From Acinetobacter phage Aristophanes, in the sequence record MT783706.1: a stretch of DNA of 43,505 nt; one strand, given 5' to 3'. The notes under the pieces are model-generated. The model had not been told where the DNA came from and ran no database searches. It was given only the letters and a program-made list of their open reading frames with translations. Positions 16,706 to 26,021 of this stretch are shown here, in pieces; the stretch's first letter is position 1, and the number at the start of each line of letters is the position of its first letter. The translations under genes and the position numbers were made by a program.

Positions 16706-17664
16706 ATCACAATCAGTGGAAATACGATGCAATTAGTATGTACAAGGCAGGTAAGACTTACGCAGAGATTGCAGAATCTTTAGGTAAGCCGTACTTCACA
16801 ATCGCTACACACCTACGCCGACACCTGAAGTCAGGTAAGTTCGATAGAACACCCAATCCAGCTTCCGATTGGAATTGGGTACAGATTGAGCCACCTAAGC
16901 GCTCACGCAATCCTACTATCTTTGTGATAGGTGATACGCAGTGCAAGCAAGGTATCGACCTAGAGTACATGCACTGGATAGGAGCTTATATCGCTCGTAA
17001 GAAGCCTGATATTATCGTACACTTAGGAGACCACTATGATATGGCTTCTCTTAGCACCTACGACAAATCAACGCTATCTGCGGAGGGTCGTAGAGTACAG
17101 CTAGATATTGAAGCTGGTGATGAAGGTTTAGCTATCCTACAGCAGTACATTGATGATGTACCAGAGTACAATCCCCGTAAGGTAGTTACACTGGGGAATC
17201 ATGAAGATCGTATTGACCGCTTCGTGAGTATCAACCCTGAATTTCAAGGGTTCTTAGGTACGGAAAAATTAGCCTTCCACGACTTAGGTTGGGAGGTTAT
17301 CCCGTTCTTGAAACCTATTAACATTTGTGGTATTAACTTCGTACATTACTTAGCTAATACTATGACAGGTAGACCTCTAGGCGGTTCAGCCTTGAATAGG
17401 TTAAAGCAAGTAGGGGAGTCCTACGTGATGGGGCATCAACAAGTCTTTGACTACGCTGAACGTCCATTACAGTTATCAGGTAAGAAGCAGTTAGGAATCA
17501 TCGTAGGAGCTTGCTACAACCACGATGAGGGCTACAAAGGGTATCGGGGCAACCATCACTTCCGAGGCTGTGTGATGCTCTATGAGTGCTCAGACGGCTA
17601 TGCTTTGCATAAGAACATTACTTTACAGCACATGCAGAATTTATATGAGGGTACTACAGTATGA
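16702..17664 (+). CDS. Calcineurin-like metallophosphoesterase
   Basis: Motifs 'VIGDTQC', 'HLGDHYDM' and 'LGNHEDR' (GDx...GDxxD...GNHE pattern). Confidence 0.6.
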   Translation: MNHNQWKYDAISMYKAGKTYAEIAESLGKPYFTIATHLRRHLKSGKFDRTPNPASDWNWVQIEPPKRSRNPTIFVIGDTQCKQGIDLEYMHWIGAYIARKKPDIIVHLGDHYDMASLSTYDKSTLSAEGRRVQLDIEAGDEGLAILQQYIDDVPEYNPRKVVTLGNHEDRIDRFVSINPEFQGFLGTEKLAFHDLGWEVIPFLKPINICGINFVHYLANTMTGRPLGGSALNRLKQVGESYVMGHQQVFDYAERPLQLSGKKQLGIIVGACYNHDEGYKGYRGNHHFRGCVMLYECSDGYALHKNITLQHMQNLYEGTTV

Positions 17665-18326
17665 AGTTAGGTCTATACGGTTTAGCAGGCTCAGGTAAAG
17701 ATACCGTAGCAGAGATTATGCAGCGTGTCTTGCTTGAGCAGGGCATGCACTTCGAGATCGTGAAGTACGCTGGGTTGCTTAAAGAAGCAACTCGACAAGC
17801 CTTCGGAGATAACTTTGATGATCGTGATGTGAAGGAGGAGCAGCGTTACGTAGACGCTGCATTAGGTGATCGTATTATTGATGCTACTGATTACGTATGG
17901 ATTAAATTAGGCTTACCAGATGAGTTGTTTGAGGAGTACAATCGACTCTCTACAGAGTTAATTGATAGTAAACGATTCCTCTCACCTAGAGAGTTCCAGC
18001 AGATACTCGGCACAGATGTAGTACGGAAGTTAGACCCTGATGCTTGGGTGAACTACCTACACCGTAAAGATGGGAATTTCATTATATCCGATTGTCGTTT
18101 CGGTAACGAGCGTACAGACTTCTCAGCATTAATCATACGACATGATGTACCAGAGAACTTACACGAGACAGAACGCTTCACAGCTACACTCATGAACGAT
18201 GTGTTCTACGGGAATCCTGATGGGTACTTCCATGACTACACGTTATGGAACACAGGTACTATCGAGGAGCTTGAACGTAATATTAGGTTCATGCTAACCA
18301 CTATTGATTTTAGTAATTACCAGTAA
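17661..18326 (+). CDS. Deoxynucleoside monophosphate kinase (T4 gp1-like)
   Basis: The N-terminus 'MKLGLYGLAGSGKDTVAEIM' parallels T4 gp1 'MKLIFLSGVKRSGKDTTADFI'. Confidence 0.6.
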   Translation: MKLGLYGLAGSGKDTVAEIMQRVLLEQGMHFEIVKYAGLLKEATRQAFGDNFDDRDVKEEQRYVDAALGDRIIDATDYVWIKLGLPDELFEEYNRLSTELIDSKRFLSPREFQQILGTDVVRKLDPDAWVNYLHRKDGNFIISDCRFGNERTDFSALIIRHDVPENLHETERFTATLMNDVFYGNPDGYFHDYTLWNTGTIEELERNIRFMLTTIDFSNYQ

Positions 18327-18334
18327 GGAATATT

Positions 18335-20761
18335 ATGCAAGACTTGTACCAACGCCAGATCGAATTAGAGAACGAGTACTCAAACGCATCGGTTGCAGCA
18401 GGGCAGCAAGCAGTCCTAGATGCTTTTACACAAGGGAGAGCGACTGATATTGGTACAGGTCGTATCCTCCTTGCTAAAGCGTATGAGGCTGCTATTGAGA
18501 GCTTCTCAGAGTTCATTAATAAACCTTCCCGTGGGGTGCTAGGTAAGTACAAGGTACTCCTACGACACGCTACCCCAGAGGTTCTAGTAATGGCAGGTTT
18601 ACGGGAGATCATCAGTGCTTGTGCAGTACCTGAGCCTGTAGTAATGCAAGATGTACTACGCCGTATCGGTAAAGTTATCGAGACTGAGACTATGCTTGTA
18701 TTCCTAGATAAGCTGAATCCTGTATATACTAAACGTACCTTAGAGTACTTAGATTCCGCAGGTACTAAAAGTATCAACCACCGCTACCGTACTTTACTTA
18801 CAGGTACTAATAACTTAGGTTTGAAGTGGGAAGGTTGGTCTATGGAGGAACGTGTTGGTACAGCTAATATCTTACTAACACACCTGTACGATACCACAGG
18901 GCTGTTTAAGTGGGAACTTAACACATCATCACAGCACTACATTGTACAGCCTAGCTCTGTACTTGCAAAGCATTTTGAAGATATTCAAGACGCAGCCCGT
19001 GCAGTAGTTAAGTACCCACCTATGCTGATTAAACCTAGAGATTGGAAAAGTCAGTACGATGGGGGATACTTAACTGATTGGTTTCAAGCACAAGCTCCTA
19101 TGTGTGGTTTACGTTTCCTTAAACGGGAGCAGCGAGACTGGATTCTGAACACGCTTGAGAACGCACAGAGTGCTCCTGTACGGGATGCTATGAATAAAGC
19201 GCAGTCTACCCCTTACCGTATTAACAAACAGGTCTTAAACGTGCTTAGAGAGGCTGTAGGGACACGTCTAGGTATTCTAGGTCTACCAAGCTCACAACCT
19301 AGACCTAAACCTGTGTTCCCATTCCCTGAGGGGTGGTTAAAGGAACACGCTACAGAAGCAGAGATGGAACAGTTCAAAATATGGAAGGAGCAGATGCGGG
19401 TTTGGTATACTAATGAGGCTAAACGCATGGGGCGTAAAGCAGGGATACTATCTCGCTTACGTGAACTCACTCGGTATCAAGACGAGCCAGAATTGTACTT
19501 CCCTACGTTCATTGATTGGCGAGGTCGTATGTACTTCCGTAGTGTACTGAATCCACAGTCTAATGATGCCGTTAAAGGTTGTTTAGAGTTCGCTGAGGGT
19601 AAACCTTTAGGTGCTGAAGGTTTGTTCTGGTTGAAGGTGCACGTAGCTAACTCTTGCGGTTACGATAAACATAGCCCAGAGATTAAAGCTAAATGGACTG
19701 AAGATAACTGGGAGATGATTCGTGATTTTATCAATAACCCCCTTGACGTGGACGCTCCTGAACCTGACACTGCATTTACGTTACTTCAAGCAGGTTTGGC
19801 GTTACAGTCAGCTTATGAAACAGGTGATCCAGAAGGTTACGTATGCCATGTCCCTATCGCTATGGACGCAACTTGTTCAGGCTTACAGCATCTATCAGCT
19901 CTCACAAGAGATACGGTGGGTGCAACGTACACGAACCTGATTGATAATAAATCTGATAAGAAATCAGATATTTACATGAAGGTTGCTGAAGAAGCACAAA
20001 GTAAGTTACAAGAACTTATCTCCGATACAGTAGTACAGAAGTTCTGGTCAGATAGAGAAATCACTAGGGCTATGGCGAAGAAGCCTGTAATGACTCTAGT
20101 GTACGGTAGTACGTTACTTAGCACCATTGAGGGCTTAGCTTTAGAGTTATCAGAGTCAGGTGTAGAACCTATCCGTAATGATGAAGGACGTATTGCTTAC
20201 AGCTTGAATGCTCTAGCAGTTCCAGTAGGTAAAGCACTTCGGCAAGGTGTAGGAAATACAGTACCTAAAGCAGTACAGATTATGTCGTATCTACAGATGC
20301 TTGTACGTAAGCACAAGGATCGTTGTATGCAATGGATTACACCAGTAGGTGTACCTGTAGTGAATTGGGCAGAAGGTGATGTGGTTAAACAAGTGTCTAT
20401 CCGTAGTATGGGTGTTCAAGCTATCTATATGCGTTATCATAACGGAGAGTACAATACCCGTATAGCAGCTAATGGTATAGTACCGAACTTTGTACACAGT
20501 ATGGATTCAGCGCACTTGTGTATGACTATCAATGATGCGGATTGTAGTATCTTACCGATTCATGATTCATTTGCTACACATCCATCTGATGTACCTGAAA
20601 TGCACAGAGCACTTCGTAGTACATTCGCTAAGATGTACACTGACTTCACTATTGAACAGTTACTAGATTTTAACAGTATAGATCAAGAGAAATATCCTGT
20701 TCCCGAACGAGGAGACTTAGACATAAAAACTGTTAATACAGCACCGTATATGTTCTGTTAA
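18335..20761 (+). CDS. Single-subunit T7-like DNA-dependent RNA polymerase
   Basis: 808 aa with motif C 'PIHDSFATHPSD' (T7 'IHDSFGT'). It is the last gene before the structural module, the phiKMV-like placement. Confidence 0.9.
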   Translation: MQDLYQRQIELENEYSNASVAAGQQAVLDAFTQGRATDIGTGRILLAKAYEAAIESFSEFINKPSRGVLGKYKVLLRHATPEVLVMAGLREIISACAVPEPVVMQDVLRRIGKVIETETMLVFLDKLNPVYTKRTLEYLDSAGTKSINHRYRTLLTGTNNLGLKWEGWSMEERVGTANILLTHLYDTTGLFKWELNTSSQHYIVQPSSVLAKHFEDIQDAARAVVKYPPMLIKPRDWKSQYDGGYLTDWFQAQAPMCGLRFLKREQRDWILNTLENAQSAPVRDAMNKAQSTPYRINKQVLNVLREAVGTRLGILGLPSSQPRPKPVFPFPEGWLKEHATEAEMEQFKIWKEQMRVWYTNEAKRMGRKAGILSRLRELTRYQDEPELYFPTFIDWRGRMYFRSVLNPQSNDAVKGCLEFAEGKPLGAEGLFWLKVHVANSCGYDKHSPEIKAKWTEDNWEMIRDFINNPLDVDAPEPDTAFTLLQAGLALQSAYETGDPEGYVCHVPIAMDATCSGLQHLSALTRDTVGATYTNLIDNKSDKKSDIYMKVAEEAQSKLQELISDTVVQKFWSDREITRAMAKKPVMTLVYGSTLLSTIEGLALELSESGVEPIRNDEGRIAYSLNALAVPVGKALRQGVGNTVPKAVQIMSYLQMLVRKHKDRCMQWITPVGVPVVNWAEGDVVKQVSIRSMGVQAIYMRYHNGEYNTRIAANGIVPNFVHSMDSAHLCMTINDADCSILPIHDSFATHPSDVPEMHRALRSTFAKMYTDFTIEQLLDFNSIDQEKYPVPERGDLDIKTVNTAPYMFC

Positions 20762-20767
20762 GACGTT

Positions 20768-20796
20768 TTCTAGGTACTACTAAGTACCTAGAATTT
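20768..20796 (+). terminator. Hairpin (ttctaggtac / gtacctagaa, loop tactaa) followed by a T-rich run, after the RNAP gene
   Basis: 10-bp inverted repeat 20768-20777 / 20784-20793, then 'tttaacaatatttt'. Confidence 0.5.
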
Positions 20797-20803
20797 AACA
20801 ATA

Positions 20804-20830
20804 TTTTAATAATCATGCGTATTAAGACAG
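20804..20830 (+). promoter_or_regulatory. Candidate phage-RNAP promoter (ttttaataatcatgcgtattaa) for the structural/late genes
   Basis: A 20-mer identical to 7920-7939. The flanking context 'gacgttttNtagg...' after the preceding stop codon is also conserved. Confidence 0.5.
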
Positions 20831-20840
20831 GAGTACCTAG

Positions 20841-21062
20841 ATGAGTAATATTAATAGTAATAATACTAATAATAGAAATAATATTATTAGTAATATACCA
20901 GTATTTACTAAAGAACAATTAGAGTACTTAAATAGAGTATTCCCAGAGAATACAGATGTATTAGATAATTCTAGTATGTACTACAGAGCAGGTCAAAGAC
21001 AAGTACTATATCATATAGAGTACTTGATTGAACAAGCTCGTAAACGAACACAGGAGATGTAA
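20841..21062 (+). CDS. Hypothetical protein with an Asn-rich N-terminus (73 aa)
   Basis: First gene after the late promoter, with an AGGAG RBS. Confidence 0.55.
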   Translation: MSNINSNNTNNRNNIISNIPVFTKEQLEYLNRVFPENTDVLDNSSMYYRAGQRQVLYHIEYLIEQARKRTQEM

Positions 21063-21317
21063 ATGGGCTTCTTTACGAAACTTATTAAAGGTGTTCTGGG
21101 AGTTGATGACAGTGCCGAGAAGGCTGCTAAGCGACAAGCAGAAGAAGCGGAGAAACGATTACGTGATGCACAAGAAGCACAGAAGCTAAATGCTGCTAAC
21201 GAAATGCAAGGTGTAACTACAATTGATACCGTAGATTTAGGTACAGTAAGTACTGACACCCGTAGACGTAAACGTACAGCAGGTGCAGCTATAAGTAACT
21301 TAGGATTAAACGTATGA
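21063..21317 (+). CDS. Hypothetical protein (84 aa)
   Basis: Coupled ORF (TAAATG). Confidence 0.6.
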   Translation: MGFFTKLIKGVLGVDDSAEKAAKRQAEEAEKRLRDAQEAQKLNAANEMQGVTTIDTVDLGTVSTDTRRRKRTAGAAISNLGLNV

Positions 21318-21649
21318 TATTACATAATGCTAGAGGCTCTGGTCGGACTACACGTATGCTATGGGCTGCTGCACAAGCTGCTCAGCATAAACAGGTGTGT
21401 GTTGTGGCTAATACTAACTCCCAGTTACAGGAGCTAGAACGCTATGCTCACAGATTATTTAGTCCTAACATTTTACAGAACATGAAGTTTGTAGCAGTGT
21501 TCCACACAGGTATGGAGTGGACTTCTGATATGCGTGTAGTGCGACTCGGTCAAGGCGAGAAAGACTTATATGTAGATCACAGGGTCTATGAAGCTAAGCT
21601 AGAAGGTTTACAGAACTTAATCACAGGTGCTACTAAGTACGATTTATAG
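21314..21649 (+). CDS. Hypothetical protein (111 aa)
   Basis: ATGA coupling to the upstream gene. Confidence 0.6.
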   Translation: MILHNARGSGRTTRMLWAAAQAAQHKQVCVVANTNSQLQELERYAHRLFSPNILQNMKFVAVFHTGMEWTSDMRVVRLGQGEKDLYVDHRVYEAKLEGLQNLITGATKYDL

Positions 21650-21658
21650 GAGGGATGA

Positions 21659-23203
21659 ATGTCCAAAGAAACACTAGAGTCTCTGTACCGAAAGTACACC
21701 GATGATACGTTGAAACAAAAGTTAGAGTACTATGCACTTTGGACTATCCCTTCGGTGTTCCCAAAAGATAATACTCAAGTACCTAACGGGAACTCTGTAA
21801 TTGAACATGACTACCAAAGCGTAGGTGCTATGCTAGTGAATCGACTAGCTACTAAATTAGCAGGGTCGTTATTCCCAGCTAATGCTTCGTTCTTCCGTAT
21901 CGAACCCAATGAAACCTTAAAAGAATTACTCGACAGAGATGGTGTTAAATCTTTAGTGGAACTAGAGAACACTGCCTGTCGTAGATTACTGTACAACGCA
22001 TCGTATGCGCAGCTAGTACAAGCACTACGTTTACTGATCATTACAGGTGATGTACTCATTAAGCGCTTTGAGAACAAGGTGCGAGTGTTCTCACTGAAGA
22101 ACTACGTAGTACGGCGTAACAATGTAGGTGAAGTACAGGATATTGTTATCCGTGAATGTATCAACTACTCAGAGTTACCTGATTATATCCGAAACGGTAT
22201 TCAGGATAAACGTCAGCCTGAAGATAAACTGATCCTGTACACACGGGTACAAAAGATCACACAGTTCGTAGGTGACATTGCAGTATCTAAATGGGTAGAG
22301 ACTCAGGAAGTAGAAGGTCGTCCTGTGAACTACGAAGCAACGTACACAACTAACCTATGCCCGTACATCCCTATTACTTGGAATTACGTGAACGGTGATA
22401 TGTACGGACGTGGTTACGTAGAGGAATACGCAGGTGACTTCGCTAAACTCTCCGAGCTATCTCAAGCTCTTACTGAATACGAGCTTAATAGCTGTATTGT
22501 TCTTAATGTGTATAACCCTGCTGGGAATTTTGATGTTGATCGTGCTGTCAGTAGTATTAGCGGTGATTGGGTCACAGGTAATAAAGACGCTGTGCAAGCG
22601 TATGAAGTTGGTGACTACAACAAGATTCAGACGTTAGTAGATAACCTACAATCTATCTCTCAGAGATTAAGTATAGCGTTCATGAGTACAAGTAACCAAC
22701 GTGAAGGTGAACGTGTTACAGCTACAGAGGTTATGCAGAATGCTACTGAAGCTGAGCAAGTCCTCGGTGGTGTGTACTCACAACTCTCCCAGAACATGCA
22801 CATGCCTTTAGCTTATTTGCTACTGCATGAAGTTCAACCTGAAGTTATCAATGCTGTTGAGCGAGGTGAGTTCAAATTAGATATTCTTACAGGGTTACAG
22901 GCTTTATCTCGTAGCTCAGAGAATCAGTCTTTACTTGTAGCAGCATCAGAGATTAACGCTATCGTACCGATTATGGTGCAGTTATCTAAACGCTTTAACC
23001 CTGATAAACTCATTGATAGTATCCTACGGGCTAACGGTGTGAACGTAGATGATTACACGTACACTGAAGAAGAAATGAAGGCTATGGCTGCCCAAGAGGA
23101 TCAGCAGGCTCAGCAATTAGCTATGCAGCAGCAAGCCTTACAACAAGGTGCTGGGCAAGAACAAGCTGTCCAAGCAGTTCAGCAATCACAAGGAATTATT
23201 TAA
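21659..23203 (+). CDS. Portal (head-tail connector) protein
   Basis: 514 aa, immediately upstream of the scaffold and major capsid genes, with T7 gp8-like size and position and a strong AGGAGGGA RBS. Confidence 0.7.
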   Translation: MSKETLESLYRKYTDDTLKQKLEYYALWTIPSVFPKDNTQVPNGNSVIEHDYQSVGAMLVNRLATKLAGSLFPANASFFRIEPNETLKELLDRDGVKSLVELENTACRRLLYNASYAQLVQALRLLIITGDVLIKRFENKVRVFSLKNYVVRRNNVGEVQDIVIRECINYSELPDYIRNGIQDKRQPEDKLILYTRVQKITQFVGDIAVSKWVETQEVEGRPVNYEATYTTNLCPYIPITWNYVNGDMYGRGYVEEYAGDFAKLSELSQALTEYELNSCIVLNVYNPAGNFDVDRAVSSISGDWVTGNKDAVQAYEVGDYNKIQTLVDNLQSISQRLSIAFMSTSNQREGERVTATEVMQNATEAEQVLGGVYSQLSQNMHMPLAYLLLHEVQPEVINAVERGEFKLDILTGLQALSRSSENQSLLVAASEINAIVPIMVQLSKRFNPDKLIDSILRANGVNVDDYTYTEEEMKAMAAQEDQQAQQLAMQQQALQQGAGQEQAVQAVQQSQGII

Positions 23204-24039
23204 TGTCGAATTTAGAAGTCTCAGGTCAAGTACCTAATATCCCACAACAACAACAACCACCACAGGCACAACAACCTGCATTCGATCAAGGAGTACAGCC
23301 GTACCAACAACCGCAGCAGTTCCAGTACCAAGCTCCACAGATTCAACAACCTGTGCAGCAACCTGTACAACAGCCTGTACAACAACCTGTACAACCGCAA
23401 GGACAAGCTCCTGAGGTTAAGCAGCCACAAGAGCCTGTACCTAATTACGGTGGGGATGATCCTCTATCCGTAGGGGTAAAGATTTTTACACATAGTGCTG
23501 GTATTGATGAGGCTGCGTTCTATGAGGCACTTACACCTGCTTTACAGTACGGTGATCCGAATTTAATTAACTTACAAGCCTTAACACAGGATTTGACTCC
23601 AGAGCAGCAAGCACAGGCTAAAGCTCTAGCGCAGTCTATGTACCGACAGGCTCAGCAAGTTAAACAACAAACTATCCAAACCGCTTACCAGAAAGCAGGT
23701 GGTGAGCAGCAATGGCGACAAGCTATTGATGCGTTTAATGCCAAAGCCCCGCAAGCATTTAAAGCTGCTGCGAAGGCAATGGAAGAGTCGGGACAGATTA
23801 ATGAAGCTGTAGACTTTATCTTAGATATGGCTCGACAGTACGGCTTCGTTGGAAGTTCTCAAGGGCAACCTTTACAAGGTAGCTTCGGTAGTCAAGCAGT
23901 TCGAGGGTTATCACAAGATGAATACCGTACTGAGTTAGCTACTTTGGTTAAGGAGGTTGGTGCTACTAACGTAGCATCACACCCTAAGTTCAAACAACTA
24001 TCTGATGCTCGTGCCTTAGGTATGCAGCAAGGTTTATAA
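23203..24039 (+). CDS. Scaffolding protein (Q/P-rich with PVQQ repeats)
   Basis: Position between portal and capsid genes. Low-complexity 'PVQQPVQQPVQQPVQP'. Confidence 0.6.
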   Translation: MSNLEVSGQVPNIPQQQQPPQAQQPAFDQGVQPYQQPQQFQYQAPQIQQPVQQPVQQPVQQPVQPQGQAPEVKQPQEPVPNYGGDDPLSVGVKIFTHSAGIDEAAFYEALTPALQYGDPNLINLQALTQDLTPEQQAQAKALAQSMYRQAQQVKQQTIQTAYQKAGGEQQWRQAIDAFNAKAPQAFKAAAKAMEESGQINEAVDFILDMARQYGFVGSSQGQPLQGSFGSQAVRGLSQDEYRTELATLVKEVGATNVASHPKFKQLSDARALGMQQGL

Positions 24040-24045
24040 TATTTA

Positions 24046-24065
24046 CCCCGTCTTTACAGGCGGGG
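24046..24065 (+). promoter_or_regulatory. Small GC hairpin between the scaffold and capsid genes (ccccgtc / gacgggg-like with a wobble pair); possible attenuator or RNA-processing site
   Basis: 7-bp stem 24046-24052 / 24059-24065 followed by 'ttt'. Confidence 0.3.
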
Positions 24066-24093
24066 TTTAGTCGTTTCTAAAGGAAATTAAAAT

Positions 24094-25137
24094 ATGGCTA
24101 TTATTCATGGTGGCGGTTTCTCGCCTACGTTCCGCCCGCATTGGGGTGGTGCAACTTCAACTATTGATCAGCACTTAGAAATCTACGAGGGTATGGTTGA
24201 TACTGTATTCAAGTTCTCTCAAGTGTTCCAATCATGGTCTGCACAGAAAACTGTAACTGACCGTTCTAACAACTACCGTATTGACCGCTTAGCTGGTGCT
24301 GAAGTCAAGGGTCGTAAAGCTGGTGAGACAATTGTCGATCAGCGTGTGCCGTCAGATAAATTCAACATTGTAGTTGAAGTGATGTTGTACATCCGACATC
24401 CTATTGACTACATGGATGACTGGACTGCTCCAGACTTCTTAGCAGAGTTAGGTCAGAATGCTGGTACTGCGTTTGCTCGTATGTACGACCAAGCACACAT
24501 TATCCGCTTACAGAAAGCTGGTAATTGGACTGCCCCTGCACACCTCAAGACTGGTAATGCGTTCTATGACGGCTTCTACAAGTCTGCTGCATTATTAGCT
24601 CCTGCTTCTGGTAAGTCTCTGACTGAGGCTCAGCACGAAGATAACGCTGCTGCGTTAATCGAGGCGCACTCTCAAGCAGTACAAGAGTTAATTCAACGCC
24701 GTGTACCTATCGGTGATATGATTACCTTAGTTACTCCTAAGGTGTACTCTGAGTTACTGCACTCTAAGAAAGTAATCAGTTCTGAGTTTAGTACAGGTGC
24801 TGGTGACTTCGCAGGTCGCCGTGTAGTTCAGATCAATGGTATCCCTGTTGTAGAACACACCGAGTTCCCTACAGGTGCTATCGTAGGTCATCCGTTATCA
24901 ACTACTGGTAACGGCAATGCGTTTGACGTAACTGCTGATGAAGCTAAGGCTGAGATGATTATCTTCAGTAAGTCTTTATCGTTAGTGACTGTGACTGCTA
25001 AGCCGTGGACTTCTCGTTTCTGGGATGATGAAGCGCACATGACAAACGTACTAGACTGCTACTCAATGCTTACCATTGATACACGCCGTCCAGATACCGT
25101 TGCACCAATCCGTGTAACTCGTACTGCTGCGCCGTAA
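24094..25137 (+). CDS. Major capsid protein (T7 gp10A-like)
   Basis: 347 aa (T7 10A is 345 aa), with gene order matching T7. A strong AAGGA RBS. Confidence 0.75.
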   Translation: MAIIHGGGFSPTFRPHWGGATSTIDQHLEIYEGMVDTVFKFSQVFQSWSAQKTVTDRSNNYRIDRLAGAEVKGRKAGETIVDQRVPSDKFNIVVEVMLYIRHPIDYMDDWTAPDFLAELGQNAGTAFARMYDQAHIIRLQKAGNWTAPAHLKTGNAFYDGFYKSAALLAPASGKSLTEAQHEDNAAALIEAHSQAVQELIQRRVPIGDMITLVTPKVYSELLHSKKVISSEFSTGAGDFAGRRVVQINGIPVVEHTEFPTGAIVGHPLSTTGNGNAFDVTADEAKAEMIIFSKSLSLVTVTAKPWTSRFWDDEAHMTNVLDCYSMLTIDTRRPDTVAPIRVTRTAAP

Positions 25138-25145
25138 GGTACGAC

Positions 25146-25175
25146 ACGCCCTGTATAACGCAGGGCGTTCTATTT
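25146..25175 (+). terminator. GC-rich hairpin (acgccctg / cagggcgt) plus a T-rich tail after the capsid gene (T7 T-phi-like position)
   Basis: 8-bp perfect stem 25146-25153 / 25161-25168 with a 7-nt loop, followed by 'tctattt'. Confidence 0.6.
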
Positions 25176-25186
25176 GGGAGAATACT

Positions 25187-25348
25187 ATGGCTGAGTTAGG
25201 TGAACCAGTGATCAGTGCAGCATTTGCTGCTGAAGAAAAACAACGTCTAGCACAGACTCTAACGAGTGCAGTAGTACAGCAGGAAACACCTACAGAAGAA
25301 CCTGTAGCTAAACCTAAACGTACTACAAAACGTAAAGTAGTGGACTGA
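25187..25348 (+). CDS. Small protein (53 aa, basic C-terminus), hypothetical; alternatively a +1-frame extension of the capsid gene
   Basis: GGGAG RBS 6 nt upstream of the ATG. Its frame is open back to 25118, inside the last capsid codons. Confidence 0.35.
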   Translation: MAELGEPVISAAFAAEEKQRLAQTLTSAVVQQETPTEEPVAKPKRTTKRKVVD

Positions 25349-25442
25349 GGTTTACTACTAGATAGAACTAAGCGCAAATTGGCTAACCTAAATTGCACAG
25401 CCTCTGGTTCTATCCAGTAGTAAATTTTATAAGGAGGACAGT

Positions 25443-26006
25443 ATGAAATTACTCGATGCCGTGAACACTGTTCTCCCGTATATGGGGGAGCATCCTGTGA
25501 CGGATTTAGACACAGCCCATCCTACGGTGGACTTAATTATTAAAGCAATAGATCGACAAAGACAAGCACTACTTGCTGAAGGTTGGTGGTTCAATGAGGG
25601 TACAGTAACACTACCTGTGAACACAGATGGTAAGATTGATACCCCTACAGGTATTATTAGTATCTATGGTATAGATTGTGATGTAGAGATTGATGGTGCG
25701 AACCTTCGAGACACGTACAAGAACACTGAGTACTTCGATGGACCTATTACAGTGGAAATCATTAAGGATACGCCTTTTGAGCGACTACCTTTGTACGCAG
25801 CACACGTTTGTTTGTACAACGCTGCTATAGAAGTGTACACAGCAGACTTCGGTGTAGAGGGTTCTATTCAAGTTCTACAGAGTCTCTCTGAGAACGCTCG
25901 TATGAAGTTAAACCAAGAGAACATACGTAAGCGTAGATACAATAGTAGTGCTTTCCGTAGACCTTCGGGGTACGCACGATTCCGATCAATTATTAAATTC
26001 CGATAA
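25443..26006 (+). CDS. Tail tubular protein A (T7 gp11-like)
   Basis: 187 aa, with gene order after the capsid gene. AAGGAGGA RBS. Confidence 0.6.
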   Translation: MKLLDAVNTVLPYMGEHPVTDLDTAHPTVDLIIKAIDRQRQALLAEGWWFNEGTVTLPVNTDGKIDTPTGIISIYGIDCDVEIDGANLRDTYKNTEYFDGPITVEIIKDTPFERLPLYAAHVCLYNAAIEVYTADFGVEGSIQVLQSLSENARMKLNQENIRKRRYNSSAFRRPSGYARFRSIIKFR

Positions 26007-26021
26007 GGTGTAGAGGTAGAT

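Noticed and set aside
21314-21649. Possible P-loop NTPase ('ARGSGRTT') in the 111-aa protein
   Set aside because: Arg replaces the Walker A lysine and no Walker B motif is evident. The evidence is too weak for an ATPase call.
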